This document shows positions 1-8,877 of a stretch of DNA of 64,000 nucleotides, piece after piece. The stretch is from an uncultured Actinomycetes bacterium. Its GTDB lineage: Bacteria > Actinomycetota > Actinomycetes > S36-B12 > CAIYMF01. Position numbers and translations under genes: made by a program. The notes under the pieces are model-generated. The model was not told the origin of the DNA, did no database searches, and saw only the letters and a program-made list of their open reading frames with translations. The DNA is taken from the NCBI GenBank assembly GCA_963706875.1, contig CAVPNW010000019.1, positions 73,714 to 137,713 on the forward strand, written 5' to 3'. Position 1 is the stretch's first letter, and each line of letters begins with the position of its first letter.

Positions 1-217
1 CGCGCGCGGCCAGGTGGATCACCGCCTCGACGCCCTCCATGGCGCGTCCTACCTCGTCCGCGTCGTTGAGGTCTGCGAGGTGCTCGGTCAGCCCGAGCTC
101 AGAGGCCACGACAGAGGGGCGGCGCTGCAGCACCGCGACCTGGTCACCCCTGGTGTGCAGGGCACTCGCCACTCCGGCCCCGAGCAGGCTGCTGCCGCCG
201 GTCAGCAGGACCTTCAT
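1..217 (-). CDS. oleD: NAD-dependent epimerase/dehydratase-family reductase, OleD-like. Only the 5' part is present; the gene runs off the left edge.
   Basis: My own reverse-strand translation from the ATG at 217-215 gives MKVLLTGGSSLLGAGVASALHTRGDQVAVLQRRPS...GVEAVIHLAAR. This shows the Rossmann TGGxxxxG start and the VIHLAA strand of extended SDRs. The ATG overlaps the stop of the upstream AMP-ligase ORF as ATGA. It is absent from the ORF track because the window truncates it. Confidence 0.7.
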   Translation of the reverse strand, partial: MKVLLTGGSSLLGAGVASALHTRGDQVAVLQRRPSVVASELGLTEHLADLNDADEVGRAMEGVEAVIHLAAR

Positions 218-2016
218 GGCCTGCCCGCCCGCCTGCCATCCAGCACGCGTTGGGCCCAGTGCCCGACAGCGACGCGGTCGATCTTCGAGTTGTGCCTGAT
301 GTCCACGGGCAGGGTCCGGACCACCAGGACGGCCGCGATCCCGGGGACCGCATCGGACGTGCCCCCAGCCGCCACCCGGACCGAATCGCGCAGCGATGCA
401 GGGGCCAGGCCCGACCGGCGCGCGCCGGCGAGCTCCACGACCACCACCACCTGGGCGGTGCCCCGCGGACCGACGCCGACGACAGCCGCTCGGCGCACCC
501 CGGGAACGCCCTCCACCCGACGCTCGATCCCGACCGGCGTGACCGGGCCGTCGGCGGTGACGATCACATGGACGAGGCGGCCCTCGATCCACAGGCGCCC
601 CTCGGCGTCGAAGTGTCCGACATCGCCGGTGCGGTGCCAGCCAGGGGCGGGCGTGGCGGCCCGGTCGGTCACCCAGAGACGGTCGTAGCGGGCCTTGATG
701 TGGGCGGCCCGGACGCACACCTCTCCGGTCACCTCCGGTTCCGTGGTCCGTTCGTCGCTCGGAATTCCTTCGTGGTCCAGTGGGGCCAGCTCGACCTCCA
801 CGCCGGGCACCGGGCGACCCACGCACACGCCGTTGCCCAGGCCGGCGTCATCAAGCCCGGCGAGGTCGATGTCGGCCACGGGCAGGACCTCGGTCATGCC
901 GTAGGGAGCGTGCGCCTCGGCGTCCGGCAGCAGCCGCCTCATCGCATGCAGCGTCTCAGCCGGCACGGGGGCCCCGGTGGACAGCAGCAGCCGAACCTGG
1001 GACAGGGCCGCCCGACCCGCGGGCTCGACGGCGTCGGCGGTCGCGACGACGTTCGCCAGCGCCGCCGGGGAGGCGAACACCATGGTCGCGTCGATCGCGG
1101 CCGCCGCCTCGCCCATCGCCCTGGCCGTCAGGGTGCGTGGCGCGGTGAGGTTCATGTCGGGGACCGCCGAGGGGATTCCCAGCGCGGCGCCGAAGAGGGC
1201 GAACGGGCCGAACGCCGCGACCAGCCGGTCTGCCCGGGTGATGGCGTAGAGGGAGGCCAGCTGCTCCCGCTGGGCCTGTAGCTGACCGTGCAGGTAGAGC
1301 ACGCCCTTCGCGGGTCCGGTGGCCCCGGACGTGAACGCGATCACAGCAGGATCCCCCGCCGCGGGCGCGTCCGGGGGCTGGACATCACCCCCCCGCGCCT
1401 CGATCTCCTCCAGGCTCCAGCGCACACCGAGGCCGCGCCGCGCTGAGGCGGGCACCGGCCCGACGGAGATCAGCTGCGCGCCGGTGCCCATGAGCCGGGC
1501 GGCGGCCAGGCCCTTGGCGGTACCGATCACGTAGGCAGGTCCCGCGCTGCGCAGCGCCACGCGCATGCCCCGGATCCCGAGCCCCGCGTCCACGACCACG
1601 GCGACGACCCCGGCACGCCAGATCCCGTAGAGGGCCGCGGTCAGGTCGGTGCCGGGAGGGACCAGCAGGGCGATCCGCTCACCTGGTCCCACACCGATCG
1701 CCGCGAGCCCCGCGGCCACGTGGGCGACCCGGGCGTCCAGCTCGGCGAAACTGATGGACGGCCGTGACCCCGTCGGGCCCCAGCTCGGTGACGGCCGGGG
1801 TCCCGCTCGTCGCCGGATCGGCGGCCCGTTCGCTGATGCCCGCCCACAGAGGCCGGCCGGAGTCGGGCACCGGAGGCGCGTCCTGCCTCGGCCCCACGGC
1901 GCTCGCATCGGCCAGGAGGCTGCGGGTGCGGACCCAGGTGGCGACGTCGGCGGCGAACGTCGGCGCGTCCTCGGGGACGAAGTGGCTGGAGCCCTCGTAG
2001 CGGTGGACATCGGCAT
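214..2016 (-). CDS. oleC: AMP-dependent synthetase/ligase domain, OleC-like (beta-lactone synthetase type). The native N-terminus lies in the oleB frame.
   Basis: AMP-binding core motifs are present: AFTSGATGPAKGV, PYGMTEV, WHRTGDVGHFDAEGRLWIEGR. Only the part from about SISFAELDARVAHVAAGL onward looks native. The first ~70 codons of the listed ORF are Arg/Pro-rich read-through. The stop overlaps the oleD start (ATGA). Confidence 0.8.
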   Translation of the reverse strand: MPMSTATRAPATSSPRTRRRSPPTSPPGSAPAASWPMRAPWGRGRTRLRCPTPAGLCGRASANGPPIRRRAGPRPSPSWGPTGSRPSISFAELDARVAHVAAGLAAIGVGPGERIALLVPPGTDLTAALYGIWRAGVVAVVVDAGLGIRGMRVALRSAGPAYVIGTAKGLAAARLMGTGAQLISVGPVPASARRGLGVRWSLEEIEARGGDVQPPDAPAAGDPAVIAFTSGATGPAKGVLYLHGQLQAQREQLASLYAITRADRLVAAFGPFALFGAALGIPSAVPDMNLTAPRTLTARAMGEAAAAIDATMVFASPAALANVVATADAVEPAGRAALSQVRLLLSTGAPVPAETLHAMRRLLPDAEAHAPYGMTEVLPVADIDLAGLDDAGLGNGVCVGRPVPGVEVELAPLDHEGIPSDERTTEPEVTGEVCVRAAHIKARYDRLWVTDRAATPAPGWHRTGDVGHFDAEGRLWIEGRLVHVIVTADGPVTPVGIERRVEGVPGVRRAAVVGVGPRGTAQVVVVVELAGARRSGLAPASLRDSVRVAAGGTSDAVPGIAAVLVVRTLPVDIRHNSKIDRVAVGHWAQRVLDGRRAGRP

Positions 2017-2851
2017 GGGGCAGGCGGCTGATCAGGTCGCGCAGGTAGAGGTCGGAGAACACCGGATCTCGGGGCCCCCAGAGCAGGAGCACCGGCACGT
2101 CGGCCAGCGCGCCCAATCCGTCGGCGATGGCGTCCAGCGGAGCCGCACTCACGTCATCGGGATCCAGGGGGATGTCCGCGACGAAGTCCTCGATCGCGCC
2201 CCGGCGACCCGCCTCGGAGTAGGGCGCGTAGTAGCCCGCCCGGACCTCGGGCGGTGGGACCGGGCGCGACATGAACAACCCGGCCCGGATGAACGTCCTG
2301 GTCCGTGAGGTGACTGCGGGCAGCATGCCGGGCAGCCGGGCGGCCCGGATCACGTTCGGTGCGCTCGCGTTTGCCGGCTGGTGGACGGCGGTGTTGGACA
2401 GCACCACGCCGGCCATCTGGTCCACGTGCCGAAGCACCCAGCCCAGCGAGATGGGACCTCCCCAGTCATGGGCGACCGAGATGATCGGGCCGGTGTTCCC
2501 GGGTCCGGTGAGGCCCAGGGCGTCGGTGAGCGCATCGAGGTCGTCCACCCGCTGGGCGAGTGGACGAACGGTCCCGGTGCGCTCCGAGAACCCCATGTCC
2601 AGGTGGTCGATCGCGATCACCCGCCAGCCCTCGGGCGGCTGGGCAACGATGCGCCGCCACAGGTAGGACCAGCTGGGGTTCCCGTGGACGCACAGCAGCG
2701 TCCCCACGGGCTCGGGGTTGCCCTCGGGCAGCCCCGCGTGCGAGTCGAGCACGTGCCACGTTCGGACCACGCCAGTCGAGTCCGCGGCAGCCACCTCACG
2801 CGACCAGCGGGCATCGAGCCCGCTCAATCCGGCAGGCGGCAGGCTCACCAA
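1679..2851 (-). CDS. oleB: Alpha/beta hydrolase, haloalkane-dehalogenase-like (OleB-like). The frame continues into the first ~40 residues of the OleC domain before it goes out of frame.
   Basis: Motifs LLCVHGNPSWSYLWRRIV, IAIDHLDMGFSER and AHDWGGPISLGW. After the hydrolase domain the same frame reads RPLWAGISERAADPATSGTPAVTELGPDG, which looks like an AMP-ligase N-terminus, then degenerates. The likely start is the GTG at 2848, overlapping the oleA stop as GTGA. The track start at 2851 is a TTG. Confidence 0.78.
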   Translation of the reverse strand: MVSLPPAGLSGLDARWSREVAAADSTGVVRTWHVLDSHAGLPEGNPEPVGTLLCVHGNPSWSYLWRRIVAQPPEGWRVIAIDHLDMGFSERTGTVRPLAQRVDDLDALTDALGLTGPGNTGPIISVAHDWGGPISLGWVLRHVDQMAGVVLSNTAVHQPANASAPNVIRAARLPGMLPAVTSRTRTFIRAGLFMSRPVPPPEVRAGYYAPYSEAGRRGAIEDFVADIPLDPDDVSAAPLDAIADGLGALADVPVLLLWGPRDPVFSDLYLRDLISRLPHADVHRYEGSSHFVPEDAPTFAADVATWVRTRSLLADASAVGPRQDAPPVPDSGRPLWAGISERAADPATSGTPAVTELGPDGVTAVHQFRRAGRPGRPRGRGARGDRCGTR

Positions 2852-3867
2852 CGGATCTCGGCGGCCGCGGCGTTGATCCCCGAGCCCATGCCCAGCAGGA
2901 TCACCCGGTCGCCACGCTCGATCTTGTCCTGGTGCATGGCCAGGGTGATCGGGATCGCTGCCGGTCCGATGTTGCCGAGCGTGGGGAAGGTCAGCGGCAC
3001 GAGGTCGGCATCAAGTCCGAGCCGCTGGATCATCGCCCCACAGTGCACGGTGGACACCTGGTGCATGACGTAGTGCTGGACGTCCGTCCAGTCGAAGTCC
3101 GCCTCCGCGTCCTTCCAGGCCGCCTCGGCCACATCCAGGCCAGCGAGCAGCAACCCCTTGCTGTCGGTGACCATGCGCTCCATGTCGCCCTGGCAGAGCT
3201 GGTTGTGCTCGGTGGCCGCCCGACCCACGCCGCCGACGAACGCGTGGCCCTCCGGGTGCCGATCGGCGGGGCCCATCACCATGCCAGCGGAACCGGAGCC
3301 CAGGGTGAGGGTGGCGAAATCGGAGAAGAGCTCGGCGACCGTCGTGGAATCCGACTGCAGCCGAGCCAGTGTGCGCTCCTGCACGGTCCGGCTTCCCTCG
3401 CCGTCCACGATCAGCGCGTACTCGATCTGCCCGGAGTCGATCATCATGCCGGCCAGCTGCATCCCGTTGACGAAGCCGAGGCACGCGTTCGACAGGTCGA
3501 AGTTCAAGCATGACGTCGGCAGGCCCAACTCATGGTGGACGGAGACCGCCGCGGACGGCTCCAGGCGCGCACGGCACACCGAGGTGTCGATCAGCAGCCC
3601 GATCTGCTCCGGCGCGATGCCCGCCTCAGCCAGCGCACGCGCGCCGGCCTGGGCGGCCGCCTGGGTGAACGAGACATCCTCCGGCCACCACCGGCGCTCC
3701 TCGATCCCTGCCAGCTGCTGCAGCATGCCCTTTCGCACGCCGAGCCGCTGCAGGGTGGGCTCCAACCGCTCATCGAAGTAGTCCGAGGTGACGACCTCGG
3801 GCGCATCCACGGCAACAACCGACAGGATCGCTGCATTGTTGAACCGGTAGACGGTGTTTCCACTCAC
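2845..3867 (-). CDS. oleA: FabH-like thiolase-fold condensing enzyme, OleA-like
   Basis: 340-aa ORF with a KAS-III-like layout. It has the active-site Cys context LNFDLSNACLGFVNGM, GNIGPAAIPITL, and the C-terminal GMGSGINAAAAEIRW. It lies directly upstream of the hydrolase, AMP-ligase and SDR genes. Confidence 0.8.
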   Translation of the reverse strand: MSGNTVYRFNNAAILSVVAVDAPEVVTSDYFDERLEPTLQRLGVRKGMLQQLAGIEERRWWPEDVSFTQAAAQAGARALAEAGIAPEQIGLLIDTSVCRARLEPSAAVSVHHELGLPTSCLNFDLSNACLGFVNGMQLAGMMIDSGQIEYALIVDGEGSRTVQERTLARLQSDSTTVAELFSDFATLTLGSGSAGMVMGPADRHPEGHAFVGGVGRAATEHNQLCQGDMERMVTDSKGLLLAGLDVAEAAWKDAEADFDWTDVQHYVMHQVSTVHCGAMIQRLGLDADLVPLTFPTLGNIGPAAIPITLAMHQDKIERGDRVILLGMGSGINAAAAEIRW

Positions 3868-4368
3868 GGGACGCTCCTAGGCAAGGGACATCGATTCTCC
3901 CACGATTCACCGGGTCGGCTGCACGCCCCGGGTGCGGGCAGGTGAGGCTCGTGGCGGCTCGGACCCGTGCGGATCGATGGTGACACAGGGCGGGGCCGGA
4001 TGTGCGCGCTCCCCTCCCGCTCCAGAGGGGGCCCTCCACGGGTTGCTGCGCGGCGGTCAGGCCAGACCGCCGCGAGAGCGGTAGACTGCCCTCACCCACG
4101 GCAAGGGCTCGATCCGCCTGGGCAGTGAGATCTGCGGTCGCTGAGATGGTCTTCGGCTGATGCTCGGATCCCGTCGTCCGACAGGCGGGATCGTCGCGTG
4201 ATCGCAGACACGTGGGACTTGAGGGTGTCGCGTTCACGCGCGCCCGGCACGCAGGGAGGTGCTTTGGCTCGAGCAGGCCAGCGTCAGACGGCTGCCCGCC
4301 GTGGCGCCCCACGTCACCAGCGACGTGGCCGACAGGGTGACAACGAAGGCATCATCCCCGTGCTCGCC

Positions 4369-6420
4369 ATGACCGTGAGCGAGGTGCAGGCGGAGGTTGC
4401 CCGCGGGGCGATCCGCCCCTCGGTGCGGACCAAGTTCCAGGTCGTCGCACTGCTCGTCCGCGAGGAGCGCGCTCGGGTGAGGGCCGACGCGACGACCACC
4501 GAGGCGTTCAAGGCCACACAGCTCAAGCGCCTGGACGGCGTGGCGACGATCCTCGCGAGGACGGCCGCCCGCGACACCTCGCTCCTGGCGCTCATCGCCG
4601 ACGACTCCGAGCTCTCCGAGTCGGGAAGGCGCCTGCGGCGGGAGCTGCTGGAGTCAGCAGGGGTTGAGGTGGCTCCCGAGGTGGCCGAACCGGCCCCCGT
4701 GGGGGCCGGCGCGCCGGCCAAGCGCCAGGTCGTGCCCAGGTCGGTCATCTCCCGCCAGCTGGCCAATCCGTTCCTCGCACCCGACCTGAACGCTGCCCGC
4801 CCGGCGGAGGTCCGCCCGCAGCGGCTCGCCGGCTGGGAGCTCCTCGGCCCACTGCTGCGCTCCTTCGAGGATGCGGGCTCCGGGGCCATCTCCTGCATGC
4901 CGCTGCCGGACCCGTCGGCCGCGCGGGTTCCCCTGCCCGAGGGGCTGGAGCTGATGGCCCACCAGGCCCAGGTGGTGGCCGCAGCCGCCGCCGGGCACCG
5001 GACGTTCCTGCTGGCCGACGAGCCCGGCCTCGGCAAGACGGCGCAGGCGCTGCTCGCCGCCCAGGCCGCCGACGCCTACCCGCTGCTGGCGGTGGTCCCG
5101 AACGTGGTGAAGACGAACTGGGCCCGGGAGGCCCACCTGTGGACCCCGCGACGGTCGGCGACCGTCATCCACGGGGACGGGGACACGATCGACGGGTTCG
5201 CCGACATCGTCGTGGTCAACTACGAGGTCCTCGACCGCCACGTCGGCTGGTTGGGGGACCTGGGCTTCCGCGGCATGGTCGTCGACGAGGCGCACTTCAT
5301 CAAGAACAAGTCCTCCCAGCGCTCCCAGCACGTCCTGGAGATCTCCCAGCGGATCCGCAACCGGATCGGCCGCCCCCTGCTCATGGCGCTGACCGGCACC
5401 CCCCTGATCAACGACCTCGAGGACTTCCTGGCGATCTGGGCCTTCCTCGGCTGGATCGACGAGACCCGGCCCCGGGGCGAGCTCATGGCAGCACTGGAGG
5501 ACACCGGTCTGGTCCCCGGCGACCGCGGCTTCTACCCGACGGCCCGGCGATGCGTGATCGACATGGGGATCGTGCGCCGCCGCAAGATCGACGTGGCCGC
5601 CGACATCCCCGCCCGTCGCGTGGCCGACCTGCCCGTCGAGCTCGACGCCGAGGCCGCCCGCTCGATCCGCACGGCCGAGCGTGTGCTGGCCCGCCGTCTG
5701 GTGGCCCGCTACAACGACGCCCTGCAGAGGCGCTCGTCGGGCGCCGACATTGAGGGCATCGACCACGACCTGGTGCGCCGGATCGCGACCTGGGAGCGAC
5801 GGGACACCGCCAAGGCCGAGACCGGCGAGAACGTGTTCACGATGATGCGCCGGATCGGTCAGGCCAAGGCCGGCCCCGCCGCTGACTACACCGCCCAACT
5901 GGCGCGCAGCGTCGGCAAGGTGGTGTTCTTCGCCAAGCACATCGACGTGATGGACCAGGCCGAGGAGCTGTTCGCCCAGCGCGGGATCGGCTACGCCTCG
6001 ATCCGCGGGGACCAGACCAGCAAGGTCCGCCAGCGCAACATCGACGCGTTCACCAACGACCCGGACGTCGCGGTCGCGGTGTGCTCGCTGACCGCCGCCG
6101 GGGTCGGCATCAACCTGCAGGTCGCCTCGAACCTCGTGCTCGCCGAACTGTCCTGGACCGCCGCCGAGCAGACCCAGGCCATCGACCGCATCCACCGCAT
6201 CGGCCAGGAGGAGCCCGTGACCGCCTGGCGCATCATCGCGGCCCAGACGATCGACGCCCGGATCGCCGAGCTCATCGACAGCAAGGCCGGGCTCGCCGCC
6301 CGCGCCCTCGACGGGTCGGCCGAGGAGCCGACGACCTCCGCCGACATCCAGCTCGAGGCCCTGGTCGCGCTGCTCACCGAGGCCCTCAGCGATCCGCTCC
6401 GGGCAGGAGCCCTGGCCTAG
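4369..6420 (+). CDS. SNF2/RAD54-family DEAD/DEAH-box helicase
   Basis: Motif I LLADEPGLGKTAQAL, motif II VVDEAHFIKNKSSQRS, motif III ALTGTPLINDLEDF, and C-terminal SLTAAGVGINLQ and QAIDRIHRIGQ. I prefer the ATG at 4369 (MTVSEVQ...) because the upstream 57 codons of the listed ORF are Arg/Gly-rich. Confidence 0.85.
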   Translation: MTVSEVQAEVARGAIRPSVRTKFQVVALLVREERARVRADATTTEAFKATQLKRLDGVATILARTAARDTSLLALIADDSELSESGRRLRRELLESAGVEVAPEVAEPAPVGAGAPAKRQVVPRSVISRQLANPFLAPDLNAARPAEVRPQRLAGWELLGPLLRSFEDAGSGAISCMPLPDPSAARVPLPEGLELMAHQAQVVAAAAAGHRTFLLADEPGLGKTAQALLAAQAADAYPLLAVVPNVVKTNWAREAHLWTPRRSATVIHGDGDTIDGFADIVVVNYEVLDRHVGWLGDLGFRGMVVDEAHFIKNKSSQRSQHVLEISQRIRNRIGRPLLMALTGTPLINDLEDFLAIWAFLGWIDETRPRGELMAALEDTGLVPGDRGFYPTARRCVIDMGIVRRRKIDVAADIPARRVADLPVELDAEAARSIRTAERVLARRLVARYNDALQRRSSGADIEGIDHDLVRRIATWERRDTAKAETGENVFTMMRRIGQAKAGPAADYTAQLARSVGKVVFFAKHIDVMDQAEELFAQRGIGYASIRGDQTSKVRQRNIDAFTNDPDVAVAVCSLTAAGVGINLQVASNLVLAELSWTAAEQTQAIDRIHRIGQEEPVTAWRIIAAQTIDARIAELIDSKAGLAARALDGSAEEPTTSADIQLEALVALLTEALSDPLRAGALA

Positions 6421-6530
6421 GAGCAGCCGGAGTGCGGTTGGCGCTCTGCATTGCCACCCGACGCCCTGCGCCGTCAGACTGGGCGCCGGCCGACTCGGCC
6501 GCGGATCTCGCCCACTGGACGGAGGGCTCC

Positions 6531-7199
6531 ATGGACCAGGACCTGGTTGACCAAGTCGTCGACACGGCGGCGCGAGTGGTGGCCAGCGGGGCGATCGGAG
6601 CCAACGGCCACGGCAACGTCAGCATCCGGGTCCCCGGAGCGCAGGAGCTGTACTACACGGCCGGACCGTCCCTGCGCGACCACCCCCGGTCGGCAGTCGT
6701 TCGCCTCGGGCTGGACGGGACCCTGATCGAGGGCGATCTGCCCCCCATCCAGGGCGCAGCGGTCGCGATGCACACCGCCATGTACGCCGACAATTCCGAG
6801 GTGGGCTGCGTGCTGCACACCCACTCCCCCTTCGCCACGGCCTACGCCGTCGCCCAGCAGCCGATCGGATGTTGGATCGAGGCCCTGGCCATGTTCGGCC
6901 TGCCCAGCGGAGTGCCCCTGGCCGACTACGGCCCGCGCGGCTCCGACCAGGCGGTGGCCAACATCAGGAACTCGATGGTGCCCGGAGTCCCCGCGGTCCT
7001 CCTGGCCAACCACGGCGTGCTGGTGTTCCACCGCAACCCCGACCTGGCCATCCTGGTCAACGGGGTCGTCGAGGAGGCCGCCCAGGCGGGGATCAACGCA
7101 GCCCCGATCGGCGGCCCGCAGGAGATCGCCGAGTCGATGAGAGCCGCCGCGCTGCAGCGCGCCATGTCCTTCGACACCCAAGGGACACAGCACGCGTGA
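6531..7199 (+). CDS. Class II aldolase/adducin-domain protein
   Basis: The C-terminal part of ORF 6081..7199, starting at the ATG at 6531 (MDQDLVDQVV) after a GGAGGG site. Motifs HGNVSIRVP, VLHTHSPFATAYAV and LLANHGVLVF. Confidence 0.8.
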   Translation: MDQDLVDQVVDTAARVVASGAIGANGHGNVSIRVPGAQELYYTAGPSLRDHPRSAVVRLGLDGTLIEGDLPPIQGAAVAMHTAMYADNSEVGCVLHTHSPFATAYAVAQQPIGCWIEALAMFGLPSGVPLADYGPRGSDQAVANIRNSMVPGVPAVLLANHGVLVFHRNPDLAILVNGVVEEAAQAGINAAPIGGPQEIAESMRAAALQRAMSFDTQGTQHA

Positions 7200-7245
7200 G
7201 ACCCGGTGCGAACCACCGGCATGCCGTGGAGTTGAGTGGTCATCC

Positions 7246-8877
7246 ATGAGCAGACAGTTGGCCCAGTCCTACAAGCGCCATCCGGTCACCGAGGACTACG
7301 ACGCCATCGTCATCGGTTCGGGCATCGGCGGACTTGCCTGTGCGGCGATGCTGGCAAAGCACGGTCAGAAGCGGGTGCTCGTCCTCGAACGGCACTACAC
7401 CGCCGGTGGCTACACCCACGTGTTCCACCGCCCCGGTTACGAGTGGGACGTCGGAGTCCACTACGTCGGCGACATGGCGCCCGGGTCGACGGCGCGCAGG
7501 ATGGTCGACGAGATCAGCGACGGCCGCATCGAGTGGGCCGACATGGGCGAGGTCTACGACCGGGTCATCATCGGCGGCGAGGCCTACGACCTGCCCAAGG
7601 GCCGGCGCAACCTCCGCGACATGCTGGTCTCGAGGTTCCCCGCTGAGGAGGCCGGGATCGACGGCTACTTCGAGGCTGTCCGCCAGGCCGCGTCCTCCTC
7701 CCTGCCGTTCCAGGTCGCCAAGACGCTGCCCGGCCCGGTCCAGGAGGAATCCGGTCCGCTCATGCGCCGGAACTTCGCGCGGTGGGCCGACCGCACCACC
7801 CGCGAGGTGCTCGAGGAGCTCACCGACGACCAGCGGCTGATCGCCGTGCTGACGGCCCAGTTCGGCGACTACGGGCTGCCCCCGGCCGAGTCGAGCTTCG
7901 CGATGCACGCCCTGCTCGTCCACCACTACTTCCGCGGCGGCTACTACCCGGTCGGCGGCTCGGGCGTGATCGCGGAGTCGATCATCCCGGTCATCGAGGG
8001 TGCGGGCGGATTGGTCCTCATCAACGCCGAGGTGGCCCAGGTGGTCGTGGAGGACGGTCGGGCGGTCGGCGTGCAGATGGCGGCCGACGGCCAGGTCATC
8101 CGTGCGCCGATGGTCATCAGCGATGCCGGGGTGCTCAACACGTTCGGCACGCTCCTGCCCCGCGAGGTCGCCGAGGGCGCCGGACTTCTGCAGGATCTGA
8201 CCCAGGTGTCGCCCTCGATGGCCCACCTGTGCCTGTACCTCGGGTTCGAGGAGACCGCCGAGGCCCTGCGCATGCCCAAGCACAACCTCTGGATCTATCC
8301 GAACGAGGACTACGAGCAGACCATCGAGGACAGCCGCACCGACCCCGAGGCCCCGCTGCCCATGGTCTACGTGTCGTTCCCCGCCGCCAAGGACCCGGAC
8401 TTCACCCGACGCCACCCGGGTCACGCGACAGTCGACGTCATCACCGCCGCCCCCTACGAGTGGTTCGAGCAGTGGGAGGGCAGCAGGTGGAAGCGCCGCG
8501 GCGCCGAGTACGACGCGTTCAAGGACCGCCTGGCCGAGCGGATGATGGAGGCGCTGTTCGAGCAGATGCCCCAGCTGCGCGGCAAGGTCGCGTTCTTCGA
8601 GATCTCGACGCCGCTGACGACCGCGCACTTCGCGGGATACGGCCGCGGCGAGCTCTACGGGATCGATCACACCCCGGAGCGCTTCCGCGCGGGCTTCCTG
8701 CAGCCTGCGACCCCGATCCCGGGGCTGTACCTGACGGGGCAGGACATCGTCAGCTGCGGCGTTGCCGGTGCGATGTTCGGTGGAGTCCTCACCGCCACGA
8801 CGGTTCTGGGCGGGAACCTGTTGGCGCAGATGGCCACGTCCGCCGCAGAAAGGGTCCAGGGCTCGACTCGTCCCTAG
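7246..8877 (+). CDS. FAD-dependent oxidoreductase of the CrtI / CrtISO / retinol-saturase (RetSat)-like family
   Basis: The N-terminal dinucleotide fold DYDAIVIGSGIGGLACAAMLAKHGQKRVLVLERHYTAGGYTHVF resembles all-trans-retinol 13,14-reductase-type proteins. The ORF is 543 aa and uninterrupted. Confidence 0.8.
   Translation: MSRQLAQSYKRHPVTEDYDAIVIGSGIGGLACAAMLAKHGQKRVLVLERHYTAGGYTHVFHRPGYEWDVGVHYVGDMAPGSTARRMVDEISDGRIEWADMGEVYDRVIIGGEAYDLPKGRRNLRDMLVSRFPAEEAGIDGYFEAVRQAASSSLPFQVAKTLPGPVQEESGPLMRRNFARWADRTTREVLEELTDDQRLIAVLTAQFGDYGLPPAESSFAMHALLVHHYFRGGYYPVGGSGVIAESIIPVIEGAGGLVLINAEVAQVVVEDGRAVGVQMAADGQVIRAPMVISDAGVLNTFGTLLPREVAEGAGLLQDLTQVSPSMAHLCLYLGFEETAEALRMPKHNLWIYPNEDYEQTIEDSRTDPEAPLPMVYVSFPAAKDPDFTRRHPGHATVDVITAAPYEWFEQWEGSRWKRRGAEYDAFKDRLAERMMEALFEQMPQLRGKVAFFEISTPLTTAHFAGYGRGELYGIDHTPERFRAGFLQPATPIPGLYLTGQDIVSCGVAGAMFGGVLTATTVLGGNLLAQMATSAAERVQGSTRP

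Noticed and set aside
4198-4368. Upstream extension of the SNF2 helicase ORF. Similar N-terminal extensions occur in the listed ORFs for mutY, dnaG, ppdK, uppS, glyQS, dus, hrcA, dnaJ, HIT, hemW, M28 and fadD.
   Set aside because: The extensions are Arg/Gly/Pro-rich. They precede internal ATG or GTG codons that match typical family N-termini and often follow GGAGG-like sites. Where possible I used the internal starts. Exact starts remain unverified.
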